Positions 18,909-27,912 of a DNA stretch of 64,000 nt are shown in pieces. The translations under genes were made by a program, and so were the position numbers. The notes under the pieces are model-generated. The model did not search any database and was not told the DNA's origin. It saw only the letters and a list, made by a program, of their open reading frames with translations. Origin of the DNA: an uncultured SAR86 cluster bacterium (GTDB taxonomy: Bacteria > Pseudomonadota > Gammaproteobacteria > Magnimaribacterales > D2472); assembly GCA_902599315.1 (NCBI GenBank), contig CACKEY010000002.1, positions 70,299-134,298 of the forward strand. Direction: 5' to 3'. How positions within the stretch are numbered: the stretch's first letter is position 1; each line of letters opens with the position of its first letter.

Positions 18909-20060
18909 ATGAGTAAAAAATTTAAGAAAAAAACAATTGCCTCAAAGGCAGGCATAGGAACTGATACGCAATATGGGTCTATTGTTCCACCAATATATCT
19001 TAGTACTAATTTTGAATATAAAGAACTTGGAAAAGAACCAATTTATGAATATACAAGGCAAGAAAATCCGACTAGAGATCTTTTAATAAAAGCATTGTCA
19101 GACCTCGAAGATGGTTTGGGTGGAGAAATATTGAGCTCAGGCATGGCAGCAATTTCTTTGGTAGCAAATATTTTGGAGCTTAAAAGCAAAGTAATTCTTC
19201 CCCATGATTGTTATGGAGGAACATTTAGGCTATTTTCATCTCTTGCTGAAAAAGGTATTTTTGAAGTTTACTTTCTTAATCAAGGCAATAAGTCATTTAT
19301 AGATAAATCTATTGATGAAATAAATCCAGATTTAATATGGATTGAATCTCCATCTAATCCCTTATTGCAAGTTGTAGATATTCAGGAAATAGTAAAAAAG
19401 TCTAAAAAGAAAAATGCTTTAGTTGCGGTGGATAATACATTCCTCTCCCCATCTCTTCAAAATCCATTAAAGTTAGGAGCTGATATTGTTATGCACTCAA
19501 CAACAAAGTACATAAATGGTCATTCAGATGTTATTGGGGGAGCTGTAATTACTAATGATGCGAAGATTTTATCCAAATTAAAGTTTTGGGCAAATAATTT
19601 AGGCATTACTGGATCCCCTTTTGATAGTTACCTGACTTTGAGAGGTCTTAGAACATTGAGCTTACGAATGAAGCAGCATGAACAAAATGCTTCTGCATTG
19701 GTGGAACTTTTGTCAAATCATCCAAAGGTATCTCATGTTTATTATCCCGGTCTTAAACATCATCCATCTTATGAAATTGCTAAAAAACAACAAAGCGGAT
19801 TTGGTGGAATGCTTAGCTTTGAAATAAAAAATGGTTTGCCAGAGGTCAAAAAGTTTGTTGATGATCTAAAAATTCTCTCGCTTGCAGGTTCACTAGGGGG
19901 ATTTGAGAGTCTGGTTGGCCATCCATATAATATGACTCATGCAGCACTCAGTCCCAAGCAAAAAAAAGACATTGGTATAAAGAAAAATCTGATTAGGATA
20001 TCTGCTGGATTAGAAGACACTGAGGATCTACTTGATGCTGTAAGAAAAGCTTTAGATTAG
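18909..20060 (+). CDS. metB: Cys/Met-metabolism PLP enzyme, cystathionine gamma-synthase-like
   Basis: Colinear with my recollection of E. coli MetB: YGSIVPPIYLSTNF, PHDCYGGTFRLF, ESPSNPLLQVVDI, VDNTFLSPSLQNPLKLGADIVMHSTTKYINGHSD (PLP lysine), WANNLGITGSPFDSYL. Confidence 0.8.
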   Translation: MSKKFKKKTIASKAGIGTDTQYGSIVPPIYLSTNFEYKELGKEPIYEYTRQENPTRDLLIKALSDLEDGLGGEILSSGMAAISLVANILELKSKVILPHDCYGGTFRLFSSLAEKGIFEVYFLNQGNKSFIDKSIDEINPDLIWIESPSNPLLQVVDIQEIVKKSKKKNALVAVDNTFLSPSLQNPLKLGADIVMHSTTKYINGHSDVIGGAVITNDAKILSKLKFWANNLGITGSPFDSYLTLRGLRTLSLRMKQHEQNASALVELLSNHPKVSHVYYPGLKHHPSYEIAKKQQSGFGGMLSFEIKNGLPEVKKFVDDLKILSLAGSLGGFESLVGHPYNMTHAALSPKQKKDIGIKKNLIRISAGLEDTEDLLDAVRKALD

Positions 20061-20063
20061 ATT

Positions 20064-20387
20064 TTAATCAGATTCTTTGTCATGTTTATCCCTGCCTAAA
20101 GTATGAAGTTCTTGGTCAACACAATCAAAGTAATCAAGCTGAGAGACTGGTGCGCCAGCCTCAACTACATTTCCGTCCTTTAATTTTCTTGCTCTTACTG
20201 GTCTCCCTGCAGGTGGGCCAGATACCGCCAAGCAGGATGTTAATGCAACGCCTGTGTAACCTTCAACTCCAAGATGAGAATATGGATTTTTAGCTTGAGC
20301 ATAAGGACTGACTTCTTTAACCTGACAACCGCTTAAAAAAAATAAAAAAATTGTAAAAAAAAATACGTGTGCAATTGATGATTTCAT
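20064..20387 (-). CDS. lipoprotein, function unknown
   Basis: Lipobox FLSGC after a hydrophobic signal. No recognisable domain. Confidence 0.45.
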   Translation of the reverse strand: MKSSIAHVFFFTIFLFFLSGCQVKEVSPYAQAKNPYSHLGVEGYTGVALTSCLAVSGPPAGRPVRARKLKDGNVVEAGAPVSQLDYFDCVDQELHTLGRDKHDKESD

Positions 20388-20447
20388 TTAGAGGCCATTT
20401 TTTAAAATGCCGATATTAATATTGTAAATTTAAGAGACGCTATTTAA

Positions 20448-20891
20448 TTAATTTACAACTGCTTCAGACATCGAACCGGTGTCATCAAATGCAGTAAAAC
20501 TTTGGATGATTCCTTCCTCAACTCTAAACATATGTAATGTTTCAGTGCTTAAGCCGTCAGCAGTCATATCTGAGTGCACAAAGACCATGTTTCCGTCAGA
20601 GTAGATTGCTTTATGTTCGATTTTAAAATTTGGCCAATGAACTGCAATAGGCTCAAAAACATTTTTAATTACTGCCTCAGGCCCAACATGTTTTCCAGTT
20701 GTTGGCATGTTACCAAATACAGTAAAGGTAAGATCATCAGCATGGAGGGCTGTCCACCCTTCTGTATCACCAGATGCAAAAGTTGCATAGGCTTTTTTTA
20801 CTACATCTTTTGCATCCATCATTTTTTCGTGATGACCTGCTTGCAGAGAAATTGTTGATATTAAAACTAAGGATAAAAGTGTGTATTTCAT
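20448..20891 (-). CDS. exported SnoaL/NTF2-like protein
   Basis: Signal peptide MKYTLLSLVLISTISLQA. The remainder has NTF2-like cone-fold size and pattern. The longer track ORF (to 20960) is probably an upstream extension. Confidence 0.55.
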   Translation of the reverse strand: MKYTLLSLVLISTISLQAGHHEKMMDAKDVVKKAYATFASGDTEGWTALHADDLTFTVFGNMPTTGKHVGPEAVIKNVFEPIAVHWPNFKIEHKAIYSDGNMVFVHSDMTADGLSTETLHMFRVEEGIIQSFTAFDDTGSMSEAVVN

Positions 20892-20989
20892 AATATTTTT
20901 TTTAATAGACATAAAAAATATACTAACTTCAATTTTAAGAAATGTAAAAATTTTTAACAAAGAAATTTTTATTTCAGAACTTGATCAGT

Positions 20990-21235
20990 TTATTTAATTT
21001 TATTTTGATCATAAGATTTATGACGGCCAACTTCAAACCCCCTCTTTGCTTTATGTTTAGTTACTCTGCCAGTAACTCTTTTTCTCCAATTCTTGTATGC
21101 AGAATGCTTTAAATTGCTTCTCATCAGCTCCTTAACGGCTTGCTCATTTAGGCCAAACTGAGTTTCGATAGCATCAAAGGGAGTTCTGTCCTCCCAGGCC
21201 ATCTCTATTATTCTTGATAAATCAGATTTATTCAT
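20990..21235 (-). CDS. TIGR03643/DUF2805-family small protein
   Basis: MAWEDRTPFDAIETQFGL.E..V..LMR..L....Y..WRKRV pattern characteristic of this family. Confidence 0.65.
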   Translation of the reverse strand: MNKSDLSRIIEMAWEDRTPFDAIETQFGLNEQAVKELMRSNLKHSAYKNWRKRVTGRVTKHKAKRGFEVGRHKSYDQNKIK

Positions 21236-21325
21236 ACTTGGAATTATATTTTAACAAACATGATTCTCATTAATTTTTTGAAAATGAAAGTAATTTTTTG
21301 TTTCTTAACTTACACTGAAATATTA

Positions 21326-21979
21326 ATGAAAATTTTTTTAATAAAATCTGTACCTAAAGCAAACTGGAGCTCAAAAAAACCTTTAAATTATAAACCTAGA
21401 GCTATAACCCTTTTCATGCTTTGCTTTGGTTTAGCATTATTTGGATTAGGTGAATCAATTATTATTACTGCTGGGGCTGGCATGAGTCCATGGACAGTCT
21501 TAGCTGAGGGTCTCTCCAAAACTATTGGATTAAGCATCGGTAAACTTACTTTTTTGATAAGTTTGTGTGTGTTAATGCTATGGATACCATTAAAACAGAC
21601 ACCGGGGATTGGTACGATTTTAAATGTAGTAATTATTGCAGCTGTGATTGAGTGGTCACTGCCATACTTGCCTCAACCAGAAGATTTTTTAATGAAGGTA
21701 TTGCAAGCTGTGTTTGGAACTTTGTTGGTAGGTTTTGCAAGTGGAATTTATCTTATTGCAAACTTAGGCCCTGGACCGAGAGATGGATTGATGACAGGTT
21801 TTCAAAGAGTATCAGACTTACCAATTGCCTGGGTAAGAGCTTTTATTGAATTAACTATAATTTCAATTGGTTGGAAATTGGGCGGAACTATTGGTCTTGC
21901 GACTCTAATCTTTGCATTTGGTATAGGTCCTGCGGTATCAGTCGGACTTTATAGTATTTCTGCAATATCTGAAAAATAA
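21326..21979 (+). CDS. YczE-like membrane protein
   Basis: FGLALFGLGESIIITAGAGMSPWTVLAEGL and a later GPGPRDGLM motif. The ORF is open from 21260, but the M at 21326 leaves room for a promoter. The start is uncertain. Confidence 0.5.
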   Translation: MKIFLIKSVPKANWSSKKPLNYKPRAITLFMLCFGLALFGLGESIIITAGAGMSPWTVLAEGLSKTIGLSIGKLTFLISLCVLMLWIPLKQTPGIGTILNVVIIAAVIEWSLPYLPQPEDFLMKVLQAVFGTLLVGFASGIYLIANLGPGPRDGLMTGFQRVSDLPIAWVRAFIELTIISIGWKLGGTIGLATLIFAFGIGPAVSVGLYSISAISEK

Positions 21980-21982
21980 TTT

Positions 21983-22015
21983 AAAAAAAAGGGTGCAAAA
22001 GCACCCTTTTATTTT
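21983..22015. terminator. bidirectional rho-independent terminator between convergent genes
   Basis: A8-GGGTGC-AAAA-GCACCC-TTTTATTTT. It lies between the YczE-like stop (21979) and the TBDR stop (22028). Confidence 0.7.
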
Positions 22016-22027
22016 CAAGATAAAATC

Positions 22028-24547
22028 TTAGAAATTATATCCAGCTTTAACGTACCAGAAAGCACCTTCGATGCCATATGGAGAAGTTTCATAATAAATT
22101 GCTCCGAGTACATTCCCTGGAACGCCCTCACCTGCAGCACCTGATGAGCCTTCAATTTTTAAAGCTTCTGTATCAAATAAATTTTGAACACCTGCTGAAA
22201 CATAAAAGTTATCGGATAGATCAATGCTTACAGATGCATCAACAGTCCACTCAGCATCTGAGTCAGTGCCAAACCAATCTGCATGCACTGCATAATACTC
22301 ACCGTAATAATTAGCTCTTACAAATGAGCTAACTTTATCACTCCAAGTCTGAGCAACCGTAATTGTCATTCTATCTTCAGGAAGACCTTCCTCTAATCTT
22401 TTGATTTTTGAATCACCAGTTACAGCACCAGCATTTGTAACTTCTGTTTCTGTATGATTCCATGCAGCGCTTATGTCAGCATCAGCACCGAGAAGGACCG
22501 TACTATAAGTTGCAACTAAATCATATCCAGTTGTTTCAGTATCAAAATCATTAGTAAAGTAATTTACCTGACCAATTAATTCTGGATTAGGAATACCTGC
22601 TGCACCCATAGCTGTAACCTGAGCAGCGGTGGGAGCTGCATTACTGGTTAATGCAACCCTATCTTCTAATTCAATTACAAAGAAGTCAGCAGTTAGTGAT
22701 AATTCTCCTGCATTATAAACAACACCAAATGACGTATTGGTAGCCTCTTCGGGTTTTAACTGCCCTGCGCCTAACTTAAACCCAGGTAATGTTTGAGCCT
22801 GAGTCAATTGACCATCAACAAGTGTTGTTTGAGTGTTTACAACATTAACCTGTCCTTGAGTTGGAGCTCTAAAACCAGTACTTGTTGAAGCACGCCATGC
22901 TAGATTTTCTGAAACTTGATATCTTGCATTTAATTTAAAGTCGTTAGTATCACCAAATGATGAATAATCCTCATACCTAAAAGAACCGCCAAGAAGGAAA
23001 TCATCACTTACTTGATTTTCTAAATCAACATATAAACCATAACTTCTTCTTGTAAAAGCACCTTGAGAATCAGGAGAAAATCCTGCAAACCCGTGAGAAC
23101 CAACATTGAATCCTTGAAGTGCATATTTGCCTGCTTTCCATGAGGCCTCTTCACCTGAGATAACTTCAAAAGTTTCCTCTCTCCACTCTGCACCGTAGGC
23201 AACTGTCATAGAATCAACTTGTCTTGTTAAATCAAAGTTAAAAACTTTTTCCAGTTCAATGTAAGACCCAGTGTAAAAATTACGAGGTGTATCAGGGCCC
23301 ATAGAAGGATTAACAGTATTGTTCAAGCCAAAGTCAGCTTCGTTTCTACCAACTGATCCACTTAGATCATATGAATGACCAGCTAAAAAACCTTCAGTAA
23401 TATCTCCTCTTCTACCTATTGTTAATGAAGTATCAGTAATGTTACCCAAGAATCTAGGTGTATACCCTCCTGGCGCAATTTCATTCATTAAAAAACAACT
23501 TGGATCAGCCATGATAGCATCCCGCATAGCATAATCAGATGGATCAACTTGACCTGAATCACCTGTTCCATATGCACAAGTGCCATCTACGTTTCCAACA
23601 GCTCTGAAGTCACCAATTGTAAAAACACCACTTCTGCCATCTGGGTTACGATAATAGAATCCTCCATCAACATCTCTTTCTGAATAGTTACCAAACATGT
23701 ATGACTCTGAGCCATCACTGTTCGTAACTCCTGTGTTCATAAAGAAGGTCACATCGTCATCAACTTTTGGAGCACCCCAAATCTGACAAGGATTTGCAAC
23801 AGCAGTGTTTCCACCTGCTGTTAAATCTGCACAGTCAGGTCTTTGTTGACTTCTGGAAGTATCATCAGCTTGTCTGATCTGAAAACTGGTTGTAACAAAC
23901 CCATCTTGACCAAGAGGCATGCCGTATTTTCCAGCAATAGTGGTAGTATTGCCATCACCTTCGGTATATTCACCCATCTTATAAGACAGGGTTCCACCTT
24001 CAGAGATATCATCTAGCACAAAGTTAATAACACCAGCAATAGCATCTGAACCATATTGTGCTGAAGCACCATCTCTGAGTACTTCAACTCTTTTGAGAGC
24101 AATAGCTGGGATTACTGAAATATCTGCACCCTGTGAACCATCATTCACACCACCACCTTGGAATGCGATAACTGAAGCGTGATGTCTTCGTTTACCATTT
24201 GTGAAGATCAAAGTAGCATCAGCTGACAAACCTCTTAAGTTTGCAGGACGAATCATACTCGCAGCATCACTGATTGGCTGCAAATGAACATTTAATGAAG
24301 GAATGCTGCCTTGAAGCTGCATAAGAAGGTCATCTGTACCTGTCTTACTAATATCATCAGCGCTGAGAACATCAACAGGAACTGGAGAGCTAGAAACTGA
24401 TCTAGGCTTACCACGAGTACCAATGCTGACAACTTCTTCTACAAATTCAGCATCTTGAGCAAATGAATCTACTGAAAGCAAAGAACTAACAGCAATAATT
24501 GTAATTAAGGATAGTCTTGCAACCATCCAAGTAGCTTTATTTAACAT
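22028..24547 (-). CDS. TonB-dependent outer-membrane receptor
   Basis: Signal peptide ending SFA and plug motifs (VEEVVSIGTRG, IRPANLRGL, VEVLRDGASAQYGSDAIAGVINF). Beta-barrel ends in GYNF. Confidence 0.9.
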   Translation of the reverse strand: MLNKATWMVARLSLITIIAVSSLLSVDSFAQDAEFVEEVVSIGTRGKPRSVSSSPVPVDVLSADDISKTGTDDLLMQLQGSIPSLNVHLQPISDAASMIRPANLRGLSADATLIFTNGKRRHHASVIAFQGGGVNDGSQGADISVIPAIALKRVEVLRDGASAQYGSDAIAGVINFVLDDISEGGTLSYKMGEYTEGDGNTTTIAGKYGMPLGQDGFVTTSFQIRQADDTSRSQQRPDCADLTAGGNTAVANPCQIWGAPKVDDDVTFFMNTGVTNSDGSESYMFGNYSERDVDGGFYYRNPDGRSGVFTIGDFRAVGNVDGTCAYGTGDSGQVDPSDYAMRDAIMADPSCFLMNEIAPGGYTPRFLGNITDTSLTIGRRGDITEGFLAGHSYDLSGSVGRNEADFGLNNTVNPSMGPDTPRNFYTGSYIELEKVFNFDLTRQVDSMTVAYGAEWREETFEVISGEEASWKAGKYALQGFNVGSHGFAGFSPDSQGAFTRRSYGLYVDLENQVSDDFLLGGSFRYEDYSSFGDTNDFKLNARYQVSENLAWRASTSTGFRAPTQGQVNVVNTQTTLVDGQLTQAQTLPGFKLGAGQLKPEEATNTSFGVVYNAGELSLTADFFVIELEDRVALTSNAAPTAAQVTAMGAAGIPNPELIGQVNYFTNDFDTETTGYDLVATYSTVLLGADADISAAWNHTETEVTNAGAVTGDSKIKRLEEGLPEDRMTITVAQTWSDKVSSFVRANYYGEYYAVHADWFGTDSDAEWTVDASVSIDLSDNFYVSAGVQNLFDTEALKIEGSSGAAGEGVPGNVLGAIYYETSPYGIEGAFWYVKAGYNF

Positions 24548-24679
24548 ATTTTCCCCTAAATATTTAAAAATGTTTAAAAAGTATGCATTTTATAAATTAA
24601 TTTGCAACTTTTTAGTGCATTTAAGTGATGAATTTTATTTAGCATTTATTGATTGAAAAAACCAAGATAAGATTAAGAT

Positions 24680-26035
24680 ATGAAAAAAATAAATATTTTT
24701 AATGTATTATTTTTTGTATATATTCATTGCGATTTGCATGCAATCGAAGATCCTTTCAATGCATACATATTAACTATAGACGATAGTTCTGATAAAGAAT
24801 TAACTAACATAGTTATCAAAGATAATATTGATCTTGAAGGATTCCCTACAACAGCTGGATCTTTAGCAATTTTAGACAATATTGCAGAAAAAGATGCCTT
24901 TCTTGTTAAAAAACTTAAACAAAAAGGTTTTCACATCAGTGGAAAAACTAATTTAAGTGAATGGGCCAACTTTAGATCAGAAAAATCTATAAGTGGTTGG
25001 TCTAGTTATGGCGGCCAAACATTAAATCCTTATGGCGATAATCTAAATCCCTGCGGATCAAGCTCTGGCTCGGCTGTTGCTGTTGCATCTGGTTCGGTTG
25101 ATCTTGCAATTGGCACTGAAACAAATGGCTCGATATCTTGTCCAGCTTCAGTCAATGGGATAGTTGGATTTAAACCAACAGTTGGACTAGTAAGTAGGCA
25201 GGGCATAATTCCTATATCATCCACTCAAGATACAGCTGGTCCCATGGGAAAATCTGTAAAGTTAGTTGCAGAGGTTTTAGAAGCGATTGCAGGCCCAGAC
25301 ATTCAAGATACAGCTACTTTTTTAATACCAAAAGATTTTAATTATAACTTCACCAGTGAATTAGATAAAAATAGTATTTTTGGAAAAAGATTAGGGTTAC
25401 TTAGATCTGGAGAAAATTACGAAGCCGCAAATCAATTGCTTGAAAAAATTACCAATCTAGTTACTAAGCTCGGCGGCACAATTGTTGAAATAGATGATTC
25501 TAGAGTCTATCCCAGCGAGGATTCATACTTCTTATTACTGTATGAATTTAAAATTGGTTTAGAAAGTTATCTTTCAAAGTCAAAAAGCTCTATTAAAACA
25601 GTCCAATCTTTGATTGATTTTAATAATAAGAACGCAGAAACAATGATGCCCTATTTTGAACAGGAAATTTTTCAAAAAAGTATTGAGACTGCTGGCATGA
25701 TTAATGAATATAAACAAGCATTACAAATGGTCATATCGGTTAGAAATGACTTAGATAGGCTGCTAGAAGAAAATAATCTTGATGGTTTTATTGGTTTAAC
25801 TAGAAACCCTGCGTGGAAAATTGATTATGAAGGTGGAGATAGGTCGGCGATGTTTAACCAAATGAGCTTTGGGAATGGTGCTTTTGCTGCTATTGCAGGA
25901 TATCCCCATTTAACTATTCCCATGGCAACAATTGATGGCCTGCCAGTTGGAATTTCAATCATTGGGGCTGCTTGGTCTGATGCTGAATTATTGAAGATAG
26001 GTTTTAGTTTAGAGTCAAATAGTGATCTATTTTAA
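24680..26035 (+). CDS. exported amidase (amidase-signature family)
   Basis: Signal-like N-terminus and the AS motif CGSSSGSAVAVASGSVDLAIGTETNGSI. Confidence 0.85.
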   Translation: MKKINIFNVLFFVYIHCDLHAIEDPFNAYILTIDDSSDKELTNIVIKDNIDLEGFPTTAGSLAILDNIAEKDAFLVKKLKQKGFHISGKTNLSEWANFRSEKSISGWSSYGGQTLNPYGDNLNPCGSSSGSAVAVASGSVDLAIGTETNGSISCPASVNGIVGFKPTVGLVSRQGIIPISSTQDTAGPMGKSVKLVAEVLEAIAGPDIQDTATFLIPKDFNYNFTSELDKNSIFGKRLGLLRSGENYEAANQLLEKITNLVTKLGGTIVEIDDSRVYPSEDSYFLLLYEFKIGLESYLSKSKSSIKTVQSLIDFNNKNAETMMPYFEQEIFQKSIETAGMINEYKQALQMVISVRNDLDRLLEENNLDGFIGLTRNPAWKIDYEGGDRSAMFNQMSFGNGAFAAIAGYPHLTIPMATIDGLPVGISIIGAAWSDAELLKIGFSLESNSDLF

Positions 26036-26038
26036 AAA

Positions 26039-27124
26039 TTAAGAGTTTACTTTTTGCCAATCAAAAAATTTTGTAGCAATAAAAAAACTAATTAGCATCC
26101 ATAGAATAATTCCAAGAAAATTGAGATCAAAATTTATTAAAGTTGCTCCATCATTTGCAATATCTCTGATAGAAGAAGCTATAACACTCAGCGGCAAAAT
26201 ATGAGCTGTGGGTTGCAAAATCCCTGGTAGGCTTGCAATAGGAAAGAAAATTCCAGATAAAATCAGTTGAGGAAATGTGAAAAGTAATGCAATTGGTTGA
26301 ATTGATTCTTGTGTTTTTGCCAAACTTCCTAAAAAAAATCCGATGCATAGAAAAATAAATGCGCCGAGGACTACTGCTCCAAATAGTGACATTAAACTTC
26401 CAATGATATTTATATCCAACAATCCAACTGCCAGAGCAAGAATTATTGAAAGCTGAATTAACACAATAAACATTCTTGCCAAAACAATCGAGATTATAAA
26501 GTCCTTCGGCTTTATTGGTGTCACAAATAATCTTTTTAAAATCCCTCTTCTTCTATATTCAACAAGATTATATCCACTTCCAGCAACACAAAGATTCATT
26601 AACATGTATGCCAGAATTCCAGGTAACAAAAAGTCTATGTATCTTTGAGGTCTTGATTTGATGTCCTCTAGCTCCAAAGCAAACATTGGCTGAGCGCCTC
26701 TTATCTCTCGCTCAATTGAGAGTAAAGTAGACTCAATAGAATCTTTTATAAAGTCCACCTGCCTGACTTGAGAAGCATCAAGTAATAGTTTTAGTTGAGC
26801 TATTCCCGATTGATTGAAAGTTTCAGGAATAATGATTAGAGCAGTAATATCTCCTGAGTTCAAACTATCCTTTAACTCAGAAAGTGTGCCTTGTTGAACT
26901 AAAAATATTTTTTTATCTTCTAATAATTTTGTAAATTTTAAAGACAATTCATTTTGAGACTGATTGACTAAGCCTAAGTTTGTTGGACTTGGCTCACCAT
27001 CTGCGTATAAAAATACTCCAATCAAAATTAATGGAAAAATAATACTGAAAATTAATGATTGTCTGTCTCTGTAGTAAATTTTAATGAAAGTGCTTACAAG
27101 AAATATTTGAGATTTACTTAACAT
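26039..27124 (-). CDS. ABC-2 type transporter permease
   Basis: TM1, then a soluble loop of about 110 aa, then five further TM segments. This is ABC-2 architecture. The start overlaps the ATPase stop by 1 nt. Confidence 0.8.
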   Translation of the reverse strand: MLSKSQIFLVSTFIKIYYRDRQSLIFSIIFPLILIGVFLYADGEPSPTNLGLVNQSQNELSLKFTKLLEDKKIFLVQQGTLSELKDSLNSGDITALIIIPETFNQSGIAQLKLLLDASQVRQVDFIKDSIESTLLSIEREIRGAQPMFALELEDIKSRPQRYIDFLLPGILAYMLMNLCVAGSGYNLVEYRRRGILKRLFVTPIKPKDFIISIVLARMFIVLIQLSIILALAVGLLDINIIGSLMSLFGAVVLGAFIFLCIGFFLGSLAKTQESIQPIALLFTFPQLILSGIFFPIASLPGILQPTAHILPLSVIASSIRDIANDGATLINFDLNFLGIILWMLISFFIATKFFDWQKVNS

Positions 27125-27891
27125 TATGTTTCTCTTAACTCATGGCCTGTTAATGCCAAAAAAACATCCTCTAAATTGCCACGGGATGTGCGTTCAGGGA
27201 TATTATTTGCGTAATCTTTAATAAGTTGTTTAGGAGAGTCTTGAGCTATAACAGAGCCTTCATCCATGATGGCTATTCGATCACACAAATATTCAGCCTC
27301 CTCCATGTTATGAGTAGTTAAAACAATTGTCATCCCGGCCTTATTTAGAGTTTTAACAATTTTCCATATATTTCTTTTTGCTTGAGGGTCTAATCCAGTG
27401 GTTGGTTCGTCTAAAAATAAAATTTTTGGATTGTGGACTAGTGCACAGGCAATGGAGAACCTTTGTCTTTGCCCTCCTGATAATTCATCAGGTTTCGCAA
27501 GGATTTTATTTTCCAAATTAAATTTAGCAAGTAACTCTCTTGGCTCAACTGAAGCTGAATAAAGTGCAGCAAAGAGATTAATTAAGTCTGATAAATTTAA
27601 TCGATCAAAATACTCACTTGATTGCAGCTGAACACCGATAATTTTTTTAACAGCATATGGGGATGACTCGACATTAATAGAATCAATCTCAACCGATCCG
27701 TCGTCGATCTTATTTAATCCCTCTAACATTTCTAGCGTTGAAGTTTTACCAGCTCCATTTGGTCCCAATAGACCAAATATTTCTTCTTTTTCAATGTTTA
27801 AATTAATGCTATCAACCGCCGTAAATAACTCATTGGCTGATTCTGGACTTGGATAGTTTTTCGTTAAGTTTTTTACAGTAATAATTGACAT
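27124..27891 (-). CDS. ABC transporter ATP-binding protein (ABC-2/DrrA-like)
   Basis: Walker A GPNGAGKTS, signature LSGGQRQR and Walker B ILFLDEPTTGLD. Confidence 0.9.
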   Translation of the reverse strand: MSIITVKNLTKNYPSPESANELFTAVDSINLNIEKEEIFGLLGPNGAGKTSTLEMLEGLNKIDDGSVEIDSINVESSPYAVKKIIGVQLQSSEYFDRLNLSDLINLFAALYSASVEPRELLAKFNLENKILAKPDELSGGQRQRFSIACALVHNPKILFLDEPTTGLDPQAKRNIWKIVKTLNKAGMTIVLTTHNMEEAEYLCDRIAIMDEGSVIAQDSPKQLIKDYANNIPERTSRGNLEDVFLALTGHELRET

Positions 27892-27912
27892 CGAAAAATA
27901 GATATAACGTAA